This document shows positions 1-13,095 of a stretch of DNA of 64,000 bases, piece by piece. Under the pieces are notes generated by a model. That model saw only the letters and a program-made list of their open reading frames with translations. It did no database searches and had not been told where the DNA came from. Origin of the DNA: Trichoplax adhaerens (Eukaryota; Animalia; Placozoa); the NCBI RefSeq assembly GCF_000150275.1, contig NW_002060948.1, positions 248,001-312,000 of the forward strand, in the 5' to 3' direction. Positions within the stretch are counted from its first letter, which is position 1. The number at the start of each line of letters is the position of its first letter. Position numbers and translations under genes: made by a program.

Positions 1-3000
1 ATCTATAAATTGCATAGCATTAGCTTGCTTGGCAGCATATATTATTTCTTCAGCAGTGATCGACTTGGCATCCTGGGTACCGTAAGCAATATTTTCATAG
101 ATTGTTGTAGAAAATAAGATTGGATTCTACAATGATGATAAATCAATATATTAGTCACGCGTTAAACTAGTTTATTTGTAATAATTTATATTATTTTCAT
201 TAGTATATAATAAAAGATGCACATTTCTGATCTTTCTAACCTGACTAACTAAGCCTACATTACTACGAATCCAACCAGGATTGATTGACCTTATATCTTC
301 ACCATTTATCAATACTTGTCCGATATCTGGATCATAAAATCGTAGCAACAGCGATGATAATGTGCTCTTTCCACTTCCACTAGCACCAACAACTGCAGTT
401 ATAGAACCAGCTGGAACGTTGAGAGTCAAATTTTTAAATATTACATCATTTGATCTTGAGGGATAGGAAAAGCCAATATTCTTAAAATCGATATCTCCGT
501 TAAGGATTGAAATATCCGGTATAATTCCGGCTAAATTATAATTATTGATATGATTTGATTTAGTACTGTGGCAATAATTACTTGTAGTTTCAGACGACAA
601 AACCTTCATTAATAAAGCGATAATTTTGTTATTACTGACCATCAATGGGAATTTTGGGTTTGCGATCAATAATCTGCCATAATCTAGTACTGGCACCGAC
701 TCCTCTCATAAGTTCAGAATAAAATGAGCTCATTCCTAACAATAATTGTAAAATAGACAATTTAGAGCCAGCAATATTGTAACCTAAATCAAAACTACTT
801 CAAATTCTTAAAATGGCTTACCTGCTATCGCAATACCAACATAGCCGGAATATAATAAGAAGGATGTCAATTGGCCGACAGTTAATTGCGCTTGCGACAT
901 CATCATTCCCCCATTCCATAGTACAGCTAATAGTAGAAGGTTACCGGAAAATCCAGTCTAAAATGACATTCATTTAATTTTCCGCTTTAGTGGTATCATA
1001 TTATAATTTATCGATAGTACATACTTTTCTAGTTAAATTACAATACAGTACTTACAAAGCCAAAAAAAGTACCATTTACAAAAGCCTGTTTATTGCCAAG
1101 ATGAAGAACTTTGTCGATTTTTTCTCCATATCTGTTTATTATCATAAATTTAACGTCAAGATATCTTTTACTTTTGTTAATAATGCGCAATCTTTTAATC
1201 GTCACGGCTTCAAATGTACATTCAAACCTTGTCAATTCCTTCATTTCATTCGCAAATGCTCGCACAGTAGTGAAATTGCTAATTTTTTCCTCGGCAATCT
1301 AATATGATGTGTTAAGAACAATTTCCTTCTTTATCGATTCAATAGTTATAATGTAACATTGCGCCAATATTTAATAAGCTGCTGCAATATTATAGTTACC
1401 TTACTCTAACTGCAGGAAATTATTTTGATAGTCAATATCACTTTACATACGGTACTCGACTGTGAATAGGATCAGTTTATATTTATGCGTTACCTCAGTT
1501 GATGCAGCTAAAGCATTTTGGGTTTTCTCGGATAAAGTTTTTAAATATCTTCCGTATAAGATGAGAACAATTGATAATGGCGCAACCATCCCAATACCAA
1601 CAGTAGCTAGGTAAGGTGATACGTAAATCTAATCCATTTCAAGAATATAAAGTGTACATGACCATTAGTAAGTATTTAGCATCGAATTAATATCGTAGAG
1701 AGGGGAATATGATTACGATAAAATTGATGTATAAAACAGCAGTCAATTACCATCATTGAAGCTCCAATGCTAACTTGCATAAGCGCTCTTAAGCCGTCTG
1801 AGAGATTATTGGTAATTGATAAGCCGACCACTGATGTATCTGTAGACATTCTGTTAATTAATTCCCCTGTACGAGTTTTATCGAAAAATGCAATCTCTTG
1901 CTTTACAACAGAACCAAAAAGTGATTGCCTAATATTTCTTACGATGCGTTGACCTGCAAAAAATAGTGAGCTCGAGGTCAGGTTTATTGAGTTTTTTCAA
2001 TAAAAGTATATAATTAAATATATTCCTTGAGATACGTTTAGTGACAGTCGCTGTAACGAAAGTAAAGTTTGATTCCTTCCTTGAATTGAAGTAACGTGAT
2101 TTACTGTACCTGCAGATTGTATCAGATAGACTCGACCAAAATTTGCTAAACTACCAATAAGAAAGATTCCCGACAAAATATAGCAAGTTTGGGTCAATTT
2201 ATCCATCATTGGACCACTGCGAGCGGATTCCGAACTGATTACATCAATAATATCACCCATAAAGTATGGAACTGACATTGTTACAGAAGAGGAAATAAAT
2301 AAAAGTATAACAGCACCTAGAAGAATAAAAATTCTGTATTTTTATATTGTATCATAATAATATTAACACAGTAGTTAAACTGATTGACATAGGCATCCAT
2401 CAAGGTAGTAAATGATACCGATAAAAGTAAAACAGCTTCCATAATTAACGAGCAGTAAGTTGGACAAATTACATCATAAAGAGTAGCAATACTGTAATAG
2501 CTTCCGTAATTACGGCATTATCTAGCAGTAGGCTGGCCATATTGTATCATAAAGAGCAGCAATACTGTAATCGCTTCCATCATTACAGAATGGACTAACA
2601 GTTGGCTCGATATACTGGATTGCATCATAAAGAGCAGCATTGTCCAGAACAGATCTTTCAGCAAATTTCCTATTATGGATCTACTCTCAATAATACCCAT
2701 AGATATTTATGGATAACGATTTCAATTAACTTTCATCCGTCACTTTAAAGTATTGAAATGGCAAGAATGGTAAAATGACTAGCACTTCAATGGTGTTATA
2801 CCTTTATCGACTGCTAGTGAACCAAGCTAGAGAAAGGCATTCTAGTCTACTTGTACTGTTATGTTTATACCGTCATGTTGTACTACATCAACAATAACAG
2901 CCGTTATTCATGCATGATTAAGATAGGATGAGTAGCCATTATTGAGCCGTCATTTTGCTCAATTTCTTTAGGCAGTTGCAGCTTGAGTCATTATGTGCAA

Positions 3001-4305
3001 CAACGATGCTATGCCATGTCAAAGAGAGATTTATTGATCTAGTAGTCTCGCAATTTCAAATGCAAAATAGGTCATGATTGTGCCATGATTCTAATGCAAA
3101 ATTTTCAACCTCCATCGACTACAAGTAGTAGTTATGCCACAAAGTTTCGATTCTACTGTACGTGAGAACGAGTCATTTTCCCCTCATATGGATACCAGCT
3201 GCAGATATTGTGCTTACGGTAGAGTAATTTATAATTTGATAATTTCAACTCCAGCTATCACAGCTATATAAACTACCATAACCTAAATTAGCTATCGCTA
3301 CCTTACATCTACTGTATAAGCTACATGCATACTGCACGAAGGCAATGGTACTACCATCAAGAGTATCGGAGTCAAATTAGAACACCCATTTTTGGCGTGT
3401 ATCGCGTTCTTGTAAGACGAAGAAGCTGTTACTAGTAATGAAAAAGCCAACATTGATTGCACTGAGTGTTACAGAACTTGACGATCCTTGTTTACGACTA
3501 GTAGGTACTTCTAATTAATCATTCAACCAGAATGGTGAGAGATTTATGATTGAAAAATTGACGTTGTTGATTTAATATGAGAGACTGTAGCAGAGGGGCA
3601 TTTGTAATGACATGGTGATATACTGTAAGCTTGATTGTAAATTTTTTCATCTCAGTTCGACTGAAGCTAGTGGAGGCTAGCGTAGAGTACACAGGTACTA
3701 ATTTACATTATAGCTAGTAGTAAATACAATTGCGTGAAGGTAAATCCCTCTCGTTTCACTCCATTCTCTAGTATTGAAATAAGTGAGTTTCCTTATAGAG
3801 AGCATGCTAAAGTTAGTTGAAGATTAAATAGAGTAGATAGGCTAGTTTAGGTCCGATTACGAAAGCTATTTTGTGACACTGAGTAAATAATATGTGCAGG
3901 ATGCAGCAGCATCAGACATTCACTTTATTGAATTTGCAAATTGCATAGCCATCCTTCCATTGCAGCACGAAGTGTTGTCATCAAATGATACACAGATAGA
4001 TGAAAAAAGATGTAGAATAACTTACATGTCAAACGCTTGGATTCAGGCTTGGCTAAAGTGATTAAACGTTGAAGTCCAGAAATATTAGACTTGGATTTTT
4101 TTTTAACTTGATTAGACGTCGATTCCACTGCAAATCGAACAGTACTCGAGTAAGAACGAAGTAAATGCCACCATCGACCATGACTAGCTAGCCGATTGTA
4201 AGGTCGATTGATAACGTTTACAGAATAAGAAGGAGTTATTGGAGTCATCAAGCTATACGTTAGTTTGCTAACTCCTCCTCTCAAGTACACTAATTTAGAA
4301 GCCAT
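1..4305 (-). CDS. ABCB10: Mitochondrial ABC half-transporter ABCB10-like (multi-exon, 3' end outside window)
   Basis: Exon 1 (4026-4305) encodes an Arg/Ser-rich presequence ending ...[16 protein letters not shown]. Later exons give [70 protein letters not shown], Walker A GASGSGKS and Q-loop VSQ/NPILF. GT-AG boundaries are phase-consistent where checked. Confidence 0.93.
2428..2640. repeat. Degenerate ~72-79 bp minisatellite (~3 units) in ABCB10 intron 1
   Basis: The core ATCATAAAGAG(C/T)AGCA recurs at ~2473, ~2546 and ~2624. The first two copies continue ATACTGTAAT(A/C)GCTTCC, and the intervening segments also resemble each other. Confidence 0.75.
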
Positions 4306-5357
4306 TAGGAGAACTTGCTAGGAATAGATGATGCAATCGATAAATTACTTTCATCCACAAATGAATTGGCTGGACTTGCAATGGTCTCCTAGCAATGGCG
4401 AGATTGGACTTTCCTATACTGGCACAGTATTAAAGTGGTCTAGAGAGCGGCCATGGGCGTATGTTATGGGCCAGTCCAAGTATAAGAATTCTTTTTACTG
4501 CTACAGTATGGCCAGAGGAGTGCCATTGAAGTACCTGTATGATGACCAACCGAATGAAATTCGACACCCGAGAGAGACGGACCGATGGACAGGTGGGTAC
4601 ATGGCCGGATGGGCGGACGATGCTAACGCGAAATTGGCGGTGCTGAATGCAGTATAGTGGATCGTGTTGTAGACTGCATTCAAGGTCTCAACGTAAAACC
4701 AATGTTGTACACGGGCCAAAATGTCAGCTAAAAGTGGATGGAGAGGTGGATAGTAGTCAATAATATCCATTTCCTCATTTTCTATGCTTGCCTAACTCAA
4801 AAGTAATCAATACGAAGTCATTCTAGCGGGATTGATGGTCGTATAAATGTCCCTCAAAGAGTGAGACATCCGTAAGAGCTTGAACAATGTTTGAAAAAAT
4901 GCTGTATGTTTTATCGTCAATCACCAACCAAGACCTCTTTTGCATATTGCTCCAACTCGGAGTAACTAGCCTGGCCGATAGCATCATTTGCACCGAGTCT
5001 GTGGACTAGTATGCAAGAGAGAGGGACTTGTAAAAAAAGTTTCTTCCCTCATCCTCAATCTATCTCGACCATCCTTGTGAATCAGGACATCATATTACAG
5101 TAGGCAGGGAGCTCATTGCAAAACAATCGTGCATAGTCCAGAGCCCACTAGCACTTGAAATGGAAATCAATCACTTATAGATTGACTACTGCAGGTGAAA
5201 AATGGATCACTCTGCAGTCTTTAGACTTACAGTACAGGCTAGTGACTTGAACAATGACTTCCATAAATAAATTAAATTTGAGTTCAATGCGCATCCTACC
5301 ATTTCAAGGTAGCTTAGTCAAGTAAGCATGACATCAACACGAAAGCAGGAAATCTGA

Positions 5358-5935
5358 TGACCAAATACTGTCCAATATGTGCCGCTACACTGTGCACCTC
5401 TAGAACTACATGACAGTCGTTCAAGATTTCTAGTTGGATAATGCACTTAAAAGAACTTTGGTTAGTCGGTGACTTTCACTACGTGCACTGCTAAAATGGG
5501 CTCCAAAATGCGGGCAATATTTTTAAGAGTCTATGCACAATCCTACGGTAGATGATCAGCTCGGAGCATGGTTTTGGAGGCGCACTGTTGACCAAGACAG
5601 TCGTTCAAGATTTCTAGTTGTGCTCAGTATTAAAAAGAGCTCGGGTAGTCCATGACAAAGACTGTATGCACTATTAGCATGGACTCCAAAATACGGGCAA
5701 CATTTTAGTAGTCCGTGCACAATGCTACGATGGATAACCACCAGCTCAGAGCATGGTTTTGGAGGCGCACTGCTGACCAAATACTGTTCAATGCGTGCAG
5801 CTATACACCTTTCTACAATCTAGAACTACTTGACAGTCGTTCAAGATTTCTAGTTGTGTACGGTACTAAAATGAGCTTGACTACTAAATGGGCTCAAAAA
5901 TGTAGGCAACTTTTTAGTAATCCGTGCACAATCCT
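5358..5935. repeat. Three diverged tandem copies of a ~185-235 bp unit in the ABCB10/SRBD1 divergent intergenic region
   Basis: The identical 25-mer GACAGTCGTTCAAGATTTCTAGTTG occurs at 5412, 5596 and 5832. GAGCATGGTTTTGGAGGCGCACTG occurs twice and TGCACAAT blocks three times. Confidence 0.88.
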
Positions 5936-6829
5936 CTAGTAAACATACTAATTCAATACCAAGAATCCAAGATGAATACTTTTAATGCTGATTACCTTTA
6001 CAGACCTGATGGAGGATTCATCATTCGAATGCCTCCATCACCTGTATTTATTTCTCTATTTAGCATCAGAGAAAACGCAATTTAACCGGTTTCGTATAAA
6101 AATGGAGGTTGTCACTCAGCAAAACAAAATTGGGCTCAGAAAAATGATATTTTTCATATATTTGAGCATGATTTTACAGACTCTATGCTGACCATGGCAA
6201 CCTCGACTTCTAGTCCTGCTTCTGCAGTCATGGACTACTACCATACTGTACTGTGGCTTCCTTTCTCGTAGCCCATGGGTGTACCGCGAAACATCCATAC
6301 GGTAGGGTATCCAGTATGACAGGGGTGCCGTTCTGGACCGTCCAAGTGTCCAGGTGTCAATATTTCTTCATCGGCTAGCCGGCGAACTCCTTGCCATCCA
6401 ACCAGTTCGAAATCGTCCACATCGATGCAAAGACATTGGGCAGGCCATTGCATGCGAAAAGATTCGTCATTGCAGCCTTGGAAATACAACGTGAAAGCAA
6501 CAAGCTGAAGTGAAAGCTAAAACAGTGGCCGCTACTAGACTGACCGTAGAATCGCCAAGAGCTCACATTCCATTCATAGCCAAGATTCCATCATTATAGA
6601 ATCATAATAAGAAGGACAAATTGAGAGCGATCACGGTAATCATTTATTTTCCTCCTCATTTCTCATGCAAGTTATGATCTCCTTGGCTTTTTCTCTCGTA
6701 TCTCTCTCTCCCCTTGTTCATAGAGCATTCTTATCCATTAGTAGAGATGGATAATGTTTCTAGACGAATGAATGATAGCTATACAACCTGTGATAAAGTT
6801 ATTATTGTTTTGGGGACATTTTAATTTAG

Positions 6830-9800
6830 ATGGCAAGTCAAAGACACGATCAATCATTGCAAGCATTTTATATCAAGCGATTAGCTCAACGTTATCAAGC
6901 CAATGAAGTCGCAGTCAAGAACGCAATCGCTCTATTACGAGAAGGAAATACTGTGCCATTTATCGTTCGTTACAAGAGTAGCATGATCCAAGGAATTAAT
7001 GATATAAATATTCAGCAAATTCGAAATGACTACGAAGACTTCATGTAAGTTGCGTCTACATCAATAAGCATAGTCAACAGGATTGGTGCGGTGTCTATTT
7101 TTAACGTGTTTCAGCACCTTGTTTTTCAACTCGATCATTTGCTGGCGCCGATATTCATCCCACTCATGTTGCATGCTACGATCACTGAAATCTTACTGTT
7201 ATGCCTGGTTAGTATTAGCCAAGGTTGCTTTACAGTACTACAAACAAAATAAACTTCCAATATTGAGTTAATCCTAAGGCTTTTTGTCCCGACCGGGCTA
7301 GAAATTGCAGTACTAGTTTTCAAGATGGCTTGCAAAATGATTTCTCACTTTAAACGCTAGTATGCATACTGTACGATCGATATGCAGGCTAGGAAAATCC
7401 CTTGCTTAACTTTCCTCTGTGCTGAACCTACTATGCAACTTGCTTAGCTCAAGGCGATGTTGACTATCTCATTTCGCATCCAATAAGAATATTGAATAAT
7501 AATAATTCTTGAATCAAGTCCAATACATGGACCAATGATCGTTCCATAACTGAATCCTATACAAATAGGCTTGAGCCTTAGTCGTGATAGTCTACACGAT
7601 CGACTTTACAGATGATTAGTGTTAACTTGCTAGCATTCAATGGATGGCAAACCTTCTAATACTTTACTTTGATTGAAAATAGCCATGATATATACCTTCG
7701 ACTGTGCTAGCTGTATCATTCTTCACATAATATTTACTATGGCTAGACTTTAAAGATATTATGACTATCAATTCAAAGTCGTGACGCCTTATGATGAAAC
7801 GATAGACAGTCGTGATTCGATCTGGTACAAATCGATTAAACAAAATTATTCCGATAGCAAATGGTTAAATTGTACTTTTTTTAAAAACATTTATACTAAC
7901 ACAGTAACTTTACGATTAACTTAATGCCAAATATGATTCAGATGAGTTACTTCGTGGGTTGTGATGCACAAATGCACCTTTACTAAATGACTAATCTTGC
8001 TCAGTAGAAGAATCCTATCCATCCTGATACCGTAGGATGAAGACTTTCACACAGTCCATAGTGCACCATAAGTCTGCGGCCACAAAATGCCGTCGATAGC
8101 ACTGTTATTCTGTGTTCAGTGTGCTCACTGTGTTATTATATGCGTGCGATCAGTTATGCAAAGGATGAATTTCAGTAACCTACTATTGACGTTGTTCAAC
8201 TTACAGCTTCATGCATAATCGTAGGATAAATAGGATGGAAATCTCAATGCCATAATTCTTTCATCATGTTGTACTACAGTCAGCAGTAACGAGCTCAAAA
8301 CTTCACCTTGTGTTACTGGTGACTATATCTTTATTTCATCCTACTAGATTACTTCAAGAAGAAAGCAAGAAACTAAAGACAAGGCTGCAAAAAAGCGGTG
8401 CTTTAACTTTACAGCTAGAGCAAGAGCTCGATCGCGCTGAGTCTGTGGAAGAAATTAAAGAATTGGTGAGAGAAATGACTGGCAATAATTACTTCAACCT
8501 AAGATAGGACGGCACTGTTTTATACTCAAAGTTTACTAGTATATTGTTGTCTTATCCATAACTTACTACAGTGGCTACCATTGTCAACAGATATTATATA
8601 TTTACCGTATTCTACTGTAGGCTAAACAGTTTAAAACAACTCCCACTGGATCATTAGCCGATAGAGCTAAAAAACTTGGTCTGGATAAGTTAGCCACTTT
8701 ATTACTTGAAAATAAAATTGATCAAGTGAATTTTAAATCGTGGATCAAAAGAGATACTCAAGGTATGAACTTTGAACGTAAAAGATGTATTACTTTTAAT
8801 TTTATTATATATCGTATGTAAGAAATAAATTGTTATATATAATAGTTGCTATCGTATTGTCAGTAACTGAACTTGCAACATACCATTGGCATATCACTTA
8901 TTGATAACCCTAGTGTGCAAGTAATATCACTTCTAGTACTGAAGTACGTATAGTTGTGTTTAGCCAGATAACCATCTGTGATTAATTCTGTCGCTGAATC
9001 GTTTATTGGATAGGACGTGCACTGTAGTAGATAGTTATGATTAAATGGTTGAAACTGAAATATCTTAACTACCAGGTCTAGCATCAATCGAAGAGATCCA
9101 GAATGGTGTCAAACACATCTTAGCTAATGTAATCGCCAAGAATTCTAATTGCAGAAGTTACGTCGGCAAACTGTAAGCTGAGTCATTATTTTTAGAGTAA
9201 GAGCAAACACAGTGTACATCATTAAGACCAACTTATTATAATTATCATTCCTATGATAGCAAGTCGTACGTATACATTATTACCGTATGTGTAAGCCTTC
9301 CCAATTTACAGTTATACAAATGCAAGATAATATCAGTTTTGTATTCTAAGACTCTTTATACATAATGCTTATTAGATTTAAAAATGCTGAGATCACTTCA
9401 TTCCTATCGTCAACAACAATCAAGCAGCAAATGCATAATCCCTCATTCGATAATGTTTTGGAGAGATATTCTAACTTTCAAAGAAAAGTTACACATGTTC
9501 TACCTCATCAGGTACATATTATACGCCGTCAGTCACACTTGCATACTTTGATCAACGCCTACTATATCTACTGTACAGATATCAGTAGACGAGTTTAGAT
9601 GTGGATAGGACGAAAACTGCTATGAAATCTGGCATGTATAAAATTAGATTTTATTGACTTACCGGTATCATTAGGTGTTGGCTCTGAATCGTGGTGAACG
9701 AGAGAAAATCCTAACTGTGAAAATAAAAGCTGATTTCAAAGCTCAGGAAAAGTTCTGCACATGGGCAAGAAATGAAATATTCCCATTTGTCCCGAAAAGA

Positions 9801-12571
9801 AAAGGTCTAGCTAAACTTTATCGCCATAAGAATACCAATTTATAAATTACTTTGTGAAATTTCCCGTGAGATGATCGTAATTTATTCGATCGTTTATCTA
9901 TGGATATTCCGATTTTTTCTCTATGATTAGATGTTGAACGCATATTTAATGAAGCAACAAAGGATGCATTTGTTCGATTGCTACAACCTGCTGAAGAAAG
10001 ACGGATTCGGTAAAAACAAGCGCCTTTTTGCATTAATTCAATATGTTAGAATAAATTAAATATTGCACAGCTACTTGTAGTTGCAGTCAAATGAGTAGTG
10101 AAGTTTTACGCTTGCGATGAAATAATGCCAGTGTTGTTATTGCTAGACGTAATCTGACATGTCAAGCCCAAAAAGCGGCTGTGAGTATTTTTACTCAAAA
10201 TTTGCGTCGGATGTTGTTGACTCCGTCAGTAAGCGGAAAAGTCATCTTGGGAATAGATCCTGGATATAAAAATGGTTGCAAATTAGCTATAATTGATAAA
10301 TTAGGTATTTAAATTGTCTATTTTAGGCATTTGTAGGAACACCAATTATTATTTTATTTTAATTAATGTAAGGCGTAATTACAGGTGAAGTATTGCACGC
10401 TACTATAATCTATATACATGATGCAAGAATCAGCGAAGCTGAGGCAACTCTAGTCAACCTTGTCCAAGGATTCAAGTAAGATTTTTTTGAATTAAAAAGT
10501 ACTAGTAAATCAGTATTATTGACATTTTTAATTAAAGCATTATTACTGTATAATAATTACTTTTACGTTTTTGGGGGTTTATGGATACCCAGGTGTTCGC
10601 TTATAGCAATTGGTAACGGTTGTGCGTGCCGCGATGTGGAAACTCTACTCAGTAACTTGACCTCAAGGAGAGCTTTCAATTTTCAAAAGGTCAAGTACTG
10701 GTAAGATCTTGTGTGCTTTTTAAGCTTAATTTTGTTCTATCTTGATAGTAAAATGTCTTTCAGCTTTGTCAACGAATCTGGGAGCTCTTGGTATAGTATA
10801 TCGGAACTTGGCAGAGCGGAACTGCCGAAGTTAATGCCAAACTTAAGGAGTGCCGGTAAACGGATAGATGTATTAATTACTAGTTTCTTTCTATTGAACC
10901 CTTGAAGATTATTGTAATATTGCAGTACGTATAAGGCAAATTAAGCATTAAACTGATATTTCTTACTACAGTTTCTATCGCTAGAAGATTGCAAAACCCA
11001 CTTGCTGAGATGACAAAAGTAGAGCCAAAACATTTGGGTGTTGGTATGTATCAGGTAATTATGCACATCGCTAAAGATTGGGATGAAAATTGTTTAGTTA
11101 TTTTATTTATCAAAACTTACAAACTCATAATATTATGTCATAGCATGATATTCCTGATAAGTTACTGGAAAAAGCGGTAAAAGGTGTCTTAGAGGCGTGC
11201 GTTAGTTTTGTTGGAATCGATTGTAATACTGCCGACGTGACAATGCTACAGTAGGATACTTTTAGATAATTTAAAATAGTATTTGTTGCAAGTCCGCTTA
11301 ACTTTGGCCTACGTATTATAATAGGCACGTTGCCGGTCTCAATCTTAAGTGTGCAAAAGCTATAGTTGAATATAGAAAAGAGAATGGTCCGCTATGCAAC
11401 CGTGAACAGTTAAAGAAAATAAAAGGAATTGGACCGAAAACTTTTGAACAATGTGCTGGCTTTCTACGAATTAATCCTGGTACATATCATTCTGCAAGAG
11501 ATCCGAAAGCAAAGATACCATTATATAGTTTTGAAATGGAATGTATTTTTCTTGCTTGTCAATAGCTTCCTATGAGGAAAACTTGAGCAACTACACGAGC
11601 CTGACGGTATCAACAAGTTCTGGGAAAAGGAAGATATCCACTGATAGTAGTATCGTTGCAAGAAAGAAACAGAGAATAATAGCAGAATCTAACAAGCTAG
11701 ATATGACGATAATTCATCCCGACAATTATCCTTCAGCACTGAAGTACGGTATTTCTATCGTCGACTTTGCATGATACCGACAGTGATTGATTAGAATTTT
11801 TTTTGCCAGATTTCTCCGGTACTTAGGAGCTACAATGGATGACATAGGCGACCAAAAACTGATTGAAAAAGTTACGCTACAGCTCAATATTCCAGGTTCG
11901 TATTCCGATGATGTAGACTTTGTTTACAGTCAATCTACGGTACCGTATAGCGAATATAAACTGTTCCAATAAAGTTACTTCTTATTTAGATCTGTATTAT
12001 TCTGCAGTAGAATCTAATAGATTCTAATGTGCATATATTATCATTTATTGAAAGGATTTGAAGCTTTGCAAAAATGTCTAGGGATTGATTCTGACGTATT
12101 TAAAAATTTATGCGATGCATTGCAACAGAACCTTGATTTTGATATTAGATCCGGTAACGAAAAATTTAAATATTCGTATCTAGTTGTGCAAGTTTCCGAC
12201 TTACTCTTTTTTTAACAGATTATGATGAACCTGTATTCCGAAGTAGCATTATTTCATTGCAGTCAATTGTAAATGGCACAATTTTGACCGGTTGCGTCAG
12301 AAATGTGACTACTTTCGGTATATTTGTGGATTGTGGACTAGGAACAGACGGCATGATTCGGATTGGTGAGGAAGTGATAACTCAATCTGGTATGTCTGCG
12401 TTTGCTAAGATGTACGTCAAATTCTTTTATCTATTCGATTAAACTAACGTGAAGTATAATCATATAGAAAGCGAAAAACGCCCATTGGGTCCAGGAGATA
12501 GAGTAAAGGTAAAGGTTAAGCGTGTGAGCGGTGTAAATAACAAGAGAATCTTACTAGAATTAGCACAGTAA
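6830..12571 (+). CDS. SRBD1: S1 RNA-binding domain protein 1 (Tex family), multi-exon
   Basis: Exons encode the Tex N-terminus ([11 protein letters not shown]), YqgF domain ([31 protein letters not shown]), [29 protein letters not shown], HhH ([19 protein letters not shown]) and S1 ([18 protein letters not shown]). Stop TAA at 12569-12571. The start codon is provisional, and an upstream exon is possible. Confidence 0.93.
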
Positions 12572-13095
12572 CTACTATAAAATGTCCTAACACGTATGAT
12601 GTAATGTTCGTTAATTAAACTTTCGTTACGTGTTGGTTTAATCCAATCAAATGGTTTGCACACCATTACATATTAATGTAAAGAAATTCTTTTTATTTTA
12701 TATACGCGTATAAAGGCGATATTAAATATTGTCATATGCATGATGCATGCTGTATATTAAAAGCTGGCTGATATTAAAGAGAATTTTTAAAAGTATTCAG
12801 TTTCCAAATATAGGATTAATTAAAACCTTCTTTTCGTGATAAAGCGTGTCCGATTTGAATGTTTTACAATAAAAACAGATGTTGTATCATTAGCGTATTG
12901 TAAGATCTTTAGATATAATATAGTAATATTTTACATACATTGCTAATCTTTATCCAATAAAACATGGCTTGACTTTTATCAATGGTCATAAAAGGTTGAG
13001 TGATTTTTTTGAATATTGCATAGTGATTTGTTCACCTAAAGGTGGTGTCTGATCCTCAGTTATCGATGGAAATACATACAGTTATCCTATAAAAA

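Noticed and set aside
1132-1227. Stop-free 96-nt in-frame intron in ABCB10 (similarly 14179-14277 in PNPT1)
   Set aside because: A few such cases are expected among many short introns. Nothing indicates regulated retention.
2428-2640. CRISPR-like repeat/spacer look in ABCB10 intron 1
   Set aside because: The 'spacers' are related to each other, the repeats are degenerate, there are no cas genes and the context is a eukaryotic intron. It is a minisatellite.
4328-4770. 109-aa (+) and 89-aa (-) ORFs next to the ABCB10 start
   Set aside because: No recognisable domain, they overlap each other, and one starts 23 bp from the ABCB10 ATG. Likely chance ORFs in GC-richer promoter DNA.
6300-6572. 7SK, RNase P/MRP or other Pol III RNA
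   Set aside because: Only vague resemblance. The conserved core motifs were not found by eye.
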